Shown here in pieces: positions 1 through 11,500 of a DNA stretch of 64,000 bases. The notes beneath the pieces are model-generated. The model was not told where the DNA came from, did not search any database, and saw only the letters and a list, made by a program, of their open reading frames with translations. A program made the position numbers and the translations under genes. The first letter of the stretch is position 1; the number at the start of each line of letters is the position of its first letter. This DNA comes from Vicugna vicugna (taxonomy: Eukaryota): NCBI GenBank assembly GCA_013265495.1, contig MU058717.1:62001-126000 (forward strand), in the 5' to 3' direction.

Positions 1-402
1 AGTCTCTCCGTGGATAAGAAACAGTTATTTGGACCAGATCAGTGGTTTTTTTTAATTTTTCTTTAAAAGCAGTAGAACCCTTAGTAAAAGCAAAAACCTT
101 CTGCTAATCCCACATCCACCAGCTAAAAGTGAAACTCTGTGGTTGAAGAAAGATGGGGGAGGTTTACCTCTAAAAGACTTCCGCCAGCGAAGTCTGAAAT
201 TTACAAGACTAAAAGGTGTCTAAGGGCCCCTCTTGTCCTGAAAGCATCCATCCCTCACCCCACCCACATCACACAGAAAGTAGAGAAGACAAAGTTAAAA
301 GAATGTTGACTCAGGTACCCGGAGGCCAGTGTCAGGGCTGAGCTGGACCCAGTGTCACCAGGGTCGTACTCCTAAAGATGCAGGCAAGATTTTTCATTCT
401 TC

Positions 403-537
403 TTTTTTTTTTTTTTTGGTGTGGGGAGGTAATTAGGTTTACTTATTTAAGTATTCTTAAAGGAGGTACTGGGGATTGAACCCAGGACCTCATGCATGCT
501 AAGCATGCCTTCTACCACTTAAGCTATATCCTTCCCC
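403..537 (-). mobile_element. tRNA-derived SINE (Vic-1-like)
   Basis: Reverse complement has A box (ATAGCTTAAGTGG), B box (GGTTCAATCCC), AT-rich tail and poly(A). Confidence 0.85.
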
Positions 538-1348
538 TGAGATTATCTGTACTGGATGGAGGCAGGACACAGGGCTTTTTCCTGGTACCTCCAGCCTCCT
601 TGGGGCTGCTGGCCTGATTGGTTCCCAGGAGACAGGAGTGACCTAGCCTGAACCCGGGGTGCCCCCTCACCAGGCTGGTTCATCTAGACTGGCCCTTGGC
701 CTCTAAAATCTGGCCAGATAGGGAGTTCCCTCTGACAAAGCCCCCCAACTCTGTCCAGTTTTGGAGACCCCCAGAGCTGTCAGAGAAGAAGAGAAGGAGC
801 CAGTTACTGCCCTGGCTAAAGGCCCCATAGCTGGGCTTGACAGAGCCAGTCTTGAAATCTTACCCTGGGACATCACTTCCCCGACAACGGCACATTACAG
901 CCAAGACTCCTACGGCTCTCACCTGAGGCCAAACATGCACTCTCTCTAGGCCTTAGTTTCTTAAATCTGACACTGAAGTTTCCCTGTGTGCCTACTACCA
1001 TACTATACCATACTGCACTGTCCCACTACCACTGTGACCTATACTAACACATCAGAACAGCCCCTTACAGTTTACCAAGTTATTTTCAGATTCTGTTTTT
1101 CACGGCATCATGACACCGACCCCAGGAGGTCTCATGGTATCTACTCACAGAGGAGGAAACTGAGGCTGCAAAGCTTCTCAACCAAGGTCACGAGGCTGCC
1201 AGTGGACAGAGCAGGCGGAAGGGAAGCCAGCCCAAGCCAAACAAGCCTCTGGACTTTCAGGGGAAATTTTCAAGGGAAGTTAAACTTTCAATAATTAACT
1301 CCCTGGGTACCAAACCCAGGCTGTGGAAGTGCTTTGCAAATAAGAGAA

Positions 1349-1488
1349 GGGGGAGGACAAAGCTCAGTGGCTGAGCATGTGCTTAGCATACACGAGGTCC
1401 TGGGTTAAATCCCCAGTACCTCCCTTAACAATGAATAAATAAACCTAATTACCTACCCACCACCATCAAAAAAAGGAAAAAAAGAAAA
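1349..1488 (+). mobile_element. tRNA-derived SINE (Vic-1-like)
   Basis: AGCTCAGTGG...GCTTAGCAT...GGGTTAAATCCCCAGTACCTCC, A-rich tail. Confidence 0.85.
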
Positions 1489-1752
1489 GAAGGACTGAAG
1501 CCCAGTGAATGACTCAACAACTGTTATTTTAGCCTCTGACATGCAATTCTTCCTCTCCACCCACCAAGCTGCACACACAGTCAAAGCCACCTCTTAGGGG
1601 AAATGTCGCCCTTCAAGGCCCCAGGGTACCACTAGCTATAAGGAAGGGGTACCAAGGAGGCTAATGGGCTAGAGGCATCCTTGTTGGTAGCCCTGTCCCC
1701 CGCTGAGCCCCCTCCCACTTCAAAATATCTTGTGGAGAGCGTAGGACCTTAC

Positions 1753-1951
1753 CTGCCAGAACCTCTGTCCTCTCAAAGATATTGCTGCCCTGGGCTGTGC
1801 TGGACATGGACACCTTGTTGGACACATCCTCGTCCCCATCAAAGGGTGACATTCTCTTAGGAATGACCTCATTCTCCCCCAGTTCCTCAGGTTCGGTGGG
1901 GACCCGGTTCCCAGGCCCTGTCTTCTCAGGGATGTGGTTATCGAGAGGCAC
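1753..1951 (-). CDS. SDC4: Syndecan-4 coding exon 4 (199 bp), membrane-proximal ectodomain
   Basis: Translates VPLDNHIPEKTGPGNRVPTEPEELGENEVIPKRMSPFDGDEDVSNKVSMSSTAQGSNIFERTEVLA. Acceptor ccag|GTG at 1952/1951 and donor CAG|gtaagg at 1753/1752. The TM/cytoplasmic exon is not in the window. Confidence 0.97.
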
Positions 1952-2463
1952 CTGGATGGGGGGAAGGAGAAGAGACCGACACTCAGCGTGGTTTGGGGAG
2001 GGGACCCAGGGCAGGGGACAGGGACATTCAACCAGGTGGGGAATTTGGTTCTGCATCTTGCCAGCAAAACTATGGGGTCCTGGAGCAGAAATCAGTTTCA
2101 ATCTCTTAACAATTATGCTGCCAAATCCTTACCCTCCAGCTTTTTAGGAGATCTATCCCGAGTGGGGAATGAATTATGTGACCAAGAGCACAGGGAAGCA
2201 GGTGTTCCCCCTCACTACTGGCCAGTGGCTGTTCTCGAGTAATACTCTGAAGGGCGGTTTGGCAAAACTGCAGAAACAGCTTGCCCTCAAAGGCAGCAAT
2301 TTCGCCTCTGGAACTCTCTTAAGGAGCTAATCAGAGATTTGTGTCAAAGATGCTGTGGTAGTGTTGTAATTTAAGAATATCAGAAAATCGTAAACCACTT
2401 TTCATCAATAAGGGCAACTGGGTGAACTATGATTATATAAGCTATAAAAATGGGTAGGTAGAT

Positions 2464-2600
2464 GGGGAGGAGGGTATAGCTCAGTGGTGGAGCACATGCT
2501 TAGCATGCACAAGGTCCTGGGTTCAATTCCCGGTACCTCCACTAAAAAAAATTAATAAATAAACCTAATTCCCTCCCACCAAATAAAAATAAAATAATTA
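2464..2600 (+). mobile_element. tRNA-derived SINE (Vic-1-like) with target-site duplication
   Basis: A and B boxes; 15-bp direct repeat ATAAAAATGGGTAGG at 2444-2458 and 2601-2615. Confidence 0.9.
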
Positions 2601-2961
2601 ATAAAAATGGGTAGGAAAACATTTAATTAGGTGATGAAATACTCATGATCACTCTAAGTGAAAAATGCAAAAACCCAGAAATGTATATGTAATGCAATAT
2701 TAACATTGGCAAATACCTAAAAATGCACCAAAAAAGAGGCTGGAAATACATCTAAGTGTTTATCACGACATCTAAGTGTTTTATCATGTAGTGATTATCC
2801 CTGCAGAAAGGATGGCCTACCATGGCCCACAGCTGTGCCCATCCTAAGAGTTCAGAGCCACAGACAAAAACCTTCTCGCAGAGTGAGGTCAGACCCTCAC
2901 TCATTCTGCCCCTCTCGACAGGTGCTAAGAGCAGGAGAGGCAAAGGAGTGTAGCTACTTAC

Positions 2962-3008
2962 CAAGGGGTGGGTCACATCGGGGGTGATCTTGATGTTCTC
3001 TGAGTCAC
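2962..3008 (-). CDS. SDC4: Syndecan-4 coding exon 3 (47 bp)
   Basis: ttacag|GTGACTCAGAG...CCCTTG|gtaagt; encodes (G)DSENIKITPDVTHPL; phases fit exons 2 and 4. Confidence 0.93.
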
Positions 3009-4141
3009 CTGTAAGGTCAGAAAAGCCGTGTGAATGTGAGATCAGTTTTCCCCAGGTCAAGGACCCCTTCAGCCACGGCTGGTGGGAGTTTCTAATTCAC
3101 AATCAGCCCCCAACTGCTCAATGTCCAGCAAGTGATCCATCCTGCCCTAGCCTCAGTCATCTCATCTGTAAAATGGGGCTCCTAAGACCTGCCTCCCTGA
3201 CTCTTTCACAGGAATGCTGAGCTGATAGCTGGGCAGATGGCCTGTCAGCTCCAAACCCGTGCTTCATCAAGTAAATCCCAGAACCAACAGCCTCACCTGG
3301 GAGCCGGTCAGAAATGCAGAATTTCAGGGCCCACTAATTCAGATTCTGTATTTCAACAAGATCTCTGGGGGGTTCATTTGAGAAGACACTAGATTGCAAT
3401 AGTAAATACTAGAAATTGCCATATTGAAGTATTTACCGAGTGCTTGGTTTAAGTGTTGAGGGCTTTAATTTAGTCCAATCTCCACAACACTGACACTGAT
3501 GTACTGTCATCTCTACTCCCATTTTACAGATTAAGAAACTAAGGCTCAGAGGTCACAGAGCGGCAATTTGAACTCAGGGTTCTGTGACTCCAAAGCTCAA
3601 GCTTCAAATCGTTACACCACCCTGCACGTAGAATGGATGCTTCCAGCAGTTCTGTCTAGCCCAGCAGCCAGGGCCAGAAGTCACAGAAGACCAGGAAAGT
3701 CCCTGACTCCTGGTCCAGACCCAAGAGGCTTGGGCCCCTTCACTTACTCTCACCCCCTCTGAAGCAAGGGTTTGTTCTCGGTTCCCACCCACACCTCTCC
3801 CCGCCCTTCCCTCAGGCTTCTGAACTGCTCCTCTTCCCTCTCAAAGGAGGAAAAACACTCCATCAGTCCTCCTTCTCACCCCCACCCACCCCAAACCCTC
3901 ATCTGAAGGTGGACAGGTTCAGACTGGTGCAAAGAAAACCAGGAACTCTAAATGAACTCAAAGCAACAAACAACTCGTGCACAGAGGGTGTCAGGAATGG
4001 GCTGATCCAGTTACTTTTGTTTCCTTTTTTTAAGGGGGAGGGGCACAATAGGAAAATCCAAGTCTCAAGGCGGGGTCACCATCCTAGGAGGAGAGGACAC
4101 ATTCCCTCCAGCCCGGAGCCTGCCCACCCCGCCCTCCGTAC

Positions 4142-4280
4142 CCAGATCTCCAGAGCCAGACAGCTCAAAGTCATCGAGGTCCTGCCCAGGGCCCCCCACA
4201 TCCTCATCGTCTGGTAGGTCTCCGGAAAAGTATCGGCCTTCTAGGAGGTCTTGAGGATCAATGACTTCGGTTTCTCGGAT
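4142..4280 (-). CDS. SDC4: Syndecan-4 coding exon 2 (139 bp), heparan sulfate attachment region
   Basis: ccctag|ATC...CTGG|gtacgg; encodes IRETEVIDPQDLLEGRYFSGDLPDDEDVGGPGQDLDDFELSGSGDL with Ser-Gly sites in acidic context. Not in the ORF track. Confidence 0.97.
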
Positions 4281-5427
4281 CTAGGGTGAAAACAGGAGAC
4301 ACATTAGCCAATAGCCCCCCAGAGCTCTGCAGCACCCCCTGAATCCTGAAAGGCAGTGGAATGGGCATTCAGGAAGGTGAGCTGGAGTACTTGCAAGAGA
4401 ATCAGGCTGGGAACCTGGATCCTGGCCCCCTCCTGGCCCCTAACTTGCTGTGTGACCTTACACAAATCTCTTTCCCATTCTGGGCTAATCAAAATAATAA
4501 AGGTGATAATAATCAGAATATAAATATACTAGGTACCATTGACTAAGCACTTGCTATGTGTCAGGCCCTGTTCTTAATAACTCCAAAGGCCTGTCTTTAA
4601 CTCCATTTTACAACCAAGGAAACTGGGTGTTAAAGACATTAAATCATTTTCTTTTGGTGACACGAGTTGCAGATGGAGGAGTGAGGATTCCACATGGAGC
4701 TGCCCGACTTCAGAGCCAGCGCTCCCCACGCACACGGGTTAGCCAGAGGATCCCCTGTCCCGGGGCACTATGATGCTGTCACAGCTGATTCACCCGTCTC
4801 AGGGAGAGGGCCGCTGGCTCTGGTCTGGCCCTGTCCAGGACACCTTTCCCAGCTGAGTCAGACTGGGCTGGGACAGGCAAGGCTGGCTCACCCACACCCC
4901 AGGACAACCTCAGGTCAGGGCGCTGCCCTGACCTGGTGACTCAGAAAGTACATCAACACAGTCTTGTGTGTTAAGCCTTCCAAACATCACCCACTGAGCC
5001 CATCTGCGGCAGCTCGGAGCAGAGCACCGCCCCACCTCTCCTGGACCATCCGCTCCAGCACCCAAGAGTGTCACTCAGCTGCCACCCATTAGGGCCCCAG
5101 CTGGTCACAGCAGAATCTTAAGTCCACCCTCACTGAGAAGGTTTCAAAAGGGAAGTATGAAAGATCAGGGGAGGCAAAGAACCTTCCCTAGGCCCTACAG
5201 AACATCAGCTACCCTGCTCCCATCCCCTAGAGATCAGCCGAGAGGGAAAAAAAGCTCCTCAAGAGAGAAGGAAACACTCGAGATGCCCACCACCCTTTCC
5301 TTTAGCTTCTGGGCTCTGCCTTCCTCCACCCACAGAACGGCAGCTCTAGGCAAAGTTATTCTTTCACTAATGAATTCAAATATTAAAGTGCCTCCTATTT
5401 CCCAGGAGTCCGGGTTCTCATTAAGTT

Positions 5428-5537
5428 TGTTTATTTAGTTAGTTATTATTTTTTAATGGAGGTACTGCAGACTGAACCCAAGACCTCGTGCATGCTAAGC
5501 ATGCGCTCTACCACTGAGCTCTACCCACCATGCCCTC
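5428..5537 (-). mobile_element. tRNA-derived SINE (Vic-1-like)
   Basis: Same family in reverse; flanked by CATTAAGTT direct repeats. Confidence 0.85.
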
Positions 5538-8500
5538 CATTAAGTTGAATACGAACCCCTGCCTAAGACAATCTTCTTTCCCCAACCCTCTAACTGCAGG
5601 AGGTGGGGGTTTGCTCAGAACCATGGGACACCAGCTAGAGAGGCCAGGGAGATCCTGTCCTCCCGTTTCACAGAATCTCAAGAGAATCTGAGCAGGGCAG
5701 TGACTTGCCCAATGTCACACAGCGACTTAGCTGCACAGCTCAGAGTGGAAAGAGGCCAGAGCCCCCCCAGGCTGTCCTTCACCCTGCGGAGACTGCCAGG
5801 AACACGAAGGGGAGCCTGAGAAGGAATATCCGTTCCTAAGACAGGGTTAGCAACTGTAGGAGGGGCCCAGATTCCTCCTGGACTCTCTCTACTGGCTTCC
5901 GGGGAGAGGTGGGAGGAACCTGACTATCACCTCCTCTTCCGCCCCCTTCCAGGGCAGCTGGATTCCCGGAAGGGAGCAGAGCAGGGTCACGCTGGGAGGA
6001 AGGCAGTGGGCAGGCACCCCCCTCCTCCCACCGCCAAGGGAAGAATCTCTGCTGAATGCTCGGTACACATGGGGGTGGGGAGCCAGAAGGGGTTAAGCCC
6101 TGGCTAGGGATGACTTCATGACTCGGGAATCAGGAGCTGTTGAGCTGCTGGCGCTGGAATTCCAGCCCCCGCACAGCCCCGTGCTTGCGGCTTTAGTTTG
6201 GCAGCTCTGGAGGAAGACTCCTCTGTGGTTGCGCAAGCTGCCTGTACCTAGGGCAGGGTTCCTGTGCCCCTACCCCCATCTCCTGCTGCAAATTCCCCTG
6301 GGGCCCAGAATCGGAAATAGCAGGACCTCAGTGGCTTACCAAACTAAGCACTTGGCATCAAGTAGGTCCTCTTAATAGCTCTTATTTGCAGAAGTGTTTT
6401 AGGGGGGTAGGGGCGGGTGCTCAGAAAATTAAAGTCACTTGCCCAAGATCACACAGGCAGAAAGTGGCCACACTGGACCAGAACCCAGGCATGAGTCACC
6501 TGAGCCTTTAGCCACATAGACCTAAACATGCATGAACACACGTATACAGCGAGTGCCCGCCTACCTTGGCTAGGAGGGAGCCCTGTTAAGTGGAGGTCAT
6601 ATTCAGCCCAGGAGGGAAAGAAGGTACTTTGGCCACTTGTTTACCTAGCCTGGAGACCAGACTGGCCACCGCAGAGTTCAAAGTCCTCAAGATGGGGGCT
6701 GGGGTCCCAACCCTGGGCTGTTTCAGGCTGAGACCCTCCCCTACCTCCTCATCCCCAGGAGCTGAGGCTTGTTATTTACGAAGCCTGCCTTCTGTTAGTG
6801 TGTGAAAGTGCTAAGGAGTGTTTCAAAACAACCCCCGGCATTAGCGCACTGATTGGTTGGTGGCAGCTACCTCTGTTTTACACAAAGATTAACAGGGAAC
6901 GTGGTATGACCGTCTTGCTGCCAAGTCAGCAGCAAAACCGAGGCTGAAACCCAAACTAATCCCCTGTTCAGCCCTCTTGGTGGTCCCTAACCCTTCGTTT
7001 TGATACCAGGTTCCTGGAGAAAGGTAAGTGACTTCTCTAAGGTCACACCAGGGGTCAGCAGCGTGGCCAGGACTAGAACCCGTCAGATATCTATCCTGGC
7101 TCTAAAAGGAAGGGGTCCCTAAAGGCTGCATCAGAAGAGCCCAGGTGCCCTCCTAAAGCAAGTTAAGAGGTGTGGGAAGAGCCCTGTGCTTCATACTGAT
7201 GGAGGACACAGGAAATCAAATTCTTCTCCAACTCCAGAAGTGCCCTCTCTGCCCCTCTCTGGCCAAGATCCCTTACAAGAGGGAAACTCCCAAGTGGGCA
7301 GGAGCCCTAAGACTAGGCCAGCAAGATGGAACCATGCTCCTTGGGATTGTGGGCAATCACCCCTTTGTGTATATGTTGAGGAGGGGGTGTTGCCAACAGC
7401 ACCCTCTTTTCAGGCAAGGCCCATCCAGTCTGCGATGGCTTTGAAGAACCAGACCACCCAGCAGCCAGGCCCACCCCTGACCAGAGAGAGACCCTCCCCT
7501 GCTCCTGGCTCACCCCATCCCTGCCCAGGGAGCGTGTGTTCACATGTGTGTGAACACACAGGCATCCTTCTCTGGGCCCTCAGGTCTCCCTGTATCTTTG
7601 TCCTTCTCACAGACACACAACAGAAATCACCAGCTGAATAAAGCAGTGGGCCTGGGTCTCCCAGACCCTGGTGGACACCTGGATTTGGTGCCTGGAGGTT
7701 TACAGATGCTGGATGAGTCCCAGACTCTCCCTAGAAAAGAAGAGGGGTAGGCGCTATCCTGTGCTATAGGGACTAACGCCTACAAACAAAGGTATCTGAG
7801 GCCAGAGCCCAATCGCCTCATTTTATTACCCAGCAAACAGATTAAAAGATAAGGTAGTTTGCCAAGGTCACCCAAGCAGAACTGGACTTAGAACCTAGGT
7901 CTCCTGGCTCCTGGGCTGGACTTGTCTTCCCTCCCCATTTCTAGGGTTTTGGCTGCCCTGAAGGGTCTCAGCAAATCCACAGGCAGCAGCTGTCACTCCA
8001 GATATACCCCCCATCCAGTCCTTAGGCAAAAGGCATGAATAGGAAAGTCACCAACCCTATCGCAAAGCCCGACAGCTTCAGCCACCCAGGAAGAGCACGG
8101 GGTGGGGGTGAGAAGCGACCAGCAAGAGTATCCACTACGTGCCGGGCCTCAAGCTGGCTTCTTTTCGGGATGAGCTCATGCTATTGACACAACAGCCTTG
8201 TAAGGTGCTCTCCCCACTTTGCCGGAAAATGAGCTTCGGTTGAGTCATTCATGTGAAGTCACACAGCTAGAAAGCAACAGAGCTGGATTTCAACCCAGAT
8301 CTTTCTCAAGACCATGTCTCAGCCACACCAGACTCTTCACTGCCACCCACGCTTTACCTCTCCACCCCAACGCCACAGCCCAAAACACACACTGCCAGGC
8401 CAGGGCGCCAGGGCTCCCCTTCCCCTGGCCAGGGAGTAAACAAAGGTAAAAGTGAGATTGCTTAAACAAAAGAAACAGAAACGTGGCTGGGGCACCAGGG

Positions 8501-11500
8501 AGAAGTTCAGGGTCAGGGCTTGCTTTACTGTGAACTGGTGTGAGGAAAAGAGAGGAGAGTCTTCCCCCCACTGGCTCTTCCCCAGAGGAAGAAGCTACCT
8601 CCAGGGGTCAGGGACACACTTGACCCTTCTTTCAGAAGGTGAAAGGAGAAGGGCAATTGGGCAAGCCAAATCTGGGGAGAAGTGAGGATGCTGAATACTC
8701 TGGGTCCAACTGCTGAACCCACCAGAGTGATCCCGGGCGGAGATCCCCGGATGGGGCCACTGATACAGTCACTCTCTTCCCCAATCTACCCTGATTCTGA
8801 CCCTGAAGGGTCAGATATTCCCCTGAACGAGCAAAAACTGTGTGCCACAATCAGGACTCTACCCCTTGGCAGAAACCAAGGATCCTCCAGCAGAATGGAT
8901 ATCTGTAAAGGCAGCTCTACCAGCAAACTGCAGCCCTGCCACTCCCTAACTATACTAGCCTGGGCATTTATTTCACATCTCGAAACTCAGTTTCCACTTT
9001 TTGTAGCCAGGACTAGTAGAACCTTGCAGGATGGTGAGGATTTAGTGAAATGCATGAGCAAGGGACGCAGCACTGGCCTGGTATGCAGCAGGTGCTCAAT
9101 GAGTAGTGGCTATTATTAATCCTCATCTACCTTCCTGCTGGCTAAGGGGATTAGTGCTCAAAGGGTCAGAGAGACCTGGGAAAAGTTGTAGAAGCAGTTG
9201 CACTGCTAGAAAGAAGGTGGCTGGTGGATAGAGAGGTGCTTTGCAAACTATGAAGGGACATACATCCCCTTAAATGGGTATTTATTTTGCTTCTGAGACC
9301 AGAGACTTTTCAACAACCAATCAAGCCCCTTAAGAATGTGGAAGATAAAAAGGCCCAGAGATGGGTAGATACCTACATACACAAGGTCACACAGCTTGGA
9401 GTACCTGTCCTAAGCAGACAGAGGCAAGGAAAGACCAATTGTATTTTGCCAAAAAGGAGCAAACAGCAGTGATCAGAGACACCTGAAATTCTACTTGGGC
9501 ATCTCTATCCTCAGAGTATTTATTTCCTGATCTGCTTCGGGGATGAAAAACATATCTGAAAGGCCAAAAGGGACCACACACCAATCCATGAACTGGTGCG
9601 CTGGTACCGGAAGGGTTAAGCCAGGTCTGAGGGTGAGGGTGAGGGTGGGGGTGGGGGTTCGAATGTCGGCCCAGCCCACTCCAAGGTCGGGTTACTCTGA
9701 ACACAATCAGTCAGGAGCGAAGCCAGGCCTGGCACTGCCAGCAGCCAGCTTTTCACCAACCCCGGTAGCCCCCGCAGCCCGCGGGGCGGCCCATTCCCAC
9801 AGCAAGGGCTCCAGGATCTAAGGGTGCCAGCTAGGAATAGAGGCAGGAGGGGGATGGGCAGGGGGTAGCTTCTGGAACCTCTGGCTAGCCCCTGCCAGGA
9901 GCTGATGCGGCACCCTTGTCACTAACTCCGCTGGTGATCATGGGAGTTCCCCTCCCTGGGCCTCTGTTTCCCCATCTATAAAAGACGCTTCTCAAAGAGA
10001 CAAGCCGCCCTCTGTCTTGAGGCCTGGTAACCAAGACGGGCACTGCTCCGATTACCGGTGGAGACAGCCGGGAAGGGGCTGGCTCCCTCAGGGCCGCAGA
10101 GACAGAGGTGCATTGAAGTTGGGGCTTGTAATCTAGGCAGCAGATCCGAGGTCCCTGCTGGATCCCGGGCTGGAGCTAAACAAGCCTCCCGTGTTCTCCG
10201 GGGCAGAGTTGATAGAGTCTTGTCTTGGCTGATTAGATCAGCCCTGGGTCCTGGCTTCCCGCCCCTTCCCAGCCTCCCCTGCCACTTGGGGAAGCCACTG
10301 CTCCAGACCAGGTCATTCTGTCCCACAGATGTCTCCTGGCCGGGCTTCCCCAGGGCAAGAGTGTCCCAGCCCTTGGTCACCCCTGCCCCCATGCCCCGAG
10401 GTTCCAGTAGTACAGCCAGTCCCTGCAGGCCTGGCCACGACCGGCTGGGCCCCACCAAGTCACTGTTTCCACACATACCAGCCTCGCCCTGCCTCCCCTT
10501 TCCATTACCCCAGGTGTCACCTGACTAGCAGCCTCTGCTACTGTGCCAGGGAAAACTGGGGCAGCAGAACTGCTGGGGGAGGGGGAGATGCAGGGTAAAG
10601 AGGGGGAGGGGGCTGAGTAGGAGGGCCCAGCCTGGGGGATGGGGGTGGTAAGTCACAAGAGTGGGTAGGAGGGACCATAGAATACTGAAGCTGGAAAGAA
10701 CTGTTAAGATCAGAGTGATCTTTGGGAGACTCCTGGAGGGCTAGAAAGTTCTGGACCCCAAGAACCATAACCAGTGGTTTATATTTTCAATGTGCACACA
10801 GACACCACCTCCCAAGCCAACTTCTGGCCAGGTTAAGAACCCTTGTCTAGCCACTAATAATAAACTAAACTTAAGCCAGAACTTTACAAGTTTGCCAAAC
10901 ACCCATTATGACCCTGGAGTGACACAAGTGTTTTATGGAGGACACTGGGGCTCACACTGGCCAGGTGACTTATTAACTAACTGCGTGTCCCTGGCTAAGT
11001 ACAGAGCTGGGGCGGGAACTCAGGTTTCTCTGACTGTGAAATGTACTGACTTTCCAGTCACCCAGCCTCCAGTGGACAGGGAGTGTGGGACTGTGCCCAG
11101 AGGTCACCAGTGAATTAATAACAAATCAGCCCAAGAAGGCAGGTTTCTTGCACTCTGAGGGTTAAATCAGGCCCTTAACTATTGACACACACATCCCTCG
11201 ATGAAAACTTAAGGAAACTGGCTTTTCATAACACTGTACCTTTTCCGTCCACCATCGCACCCCCTCCCCCAGAGCCCAGAACGCTTTTTGCAATGTCTTC
11301 AGCCAGGACCCGGACTAGAAACTCTGGTCCTCCTCCTATAGAACTATAGATACTGCTCCTCCAACAAGGAGGCTGACCCGCAGGCCTGGGCAGCATCCTG
11401 GTGGTCCAGTCCTGCTACCCCCTCTCCCTCCAGGCAGAAAACTATTCAGCAGGGGGTTCCCACAGATCCTCACAGGAGGGGTGGGGCTGCTGGGAACTGG

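Noticed and set aside
1..1660. SDC4 exon 5 (TM and EFYA tail)
   Set aside because: No matching sequence found; it presumably lies left of the window, so this is not evidence of truncation.
2748..2788. 20-bp tandem duplication ACATCTAAGTGTTTATCACG
   Set aside because: Ordinary slippage duplication in intronic sequence.
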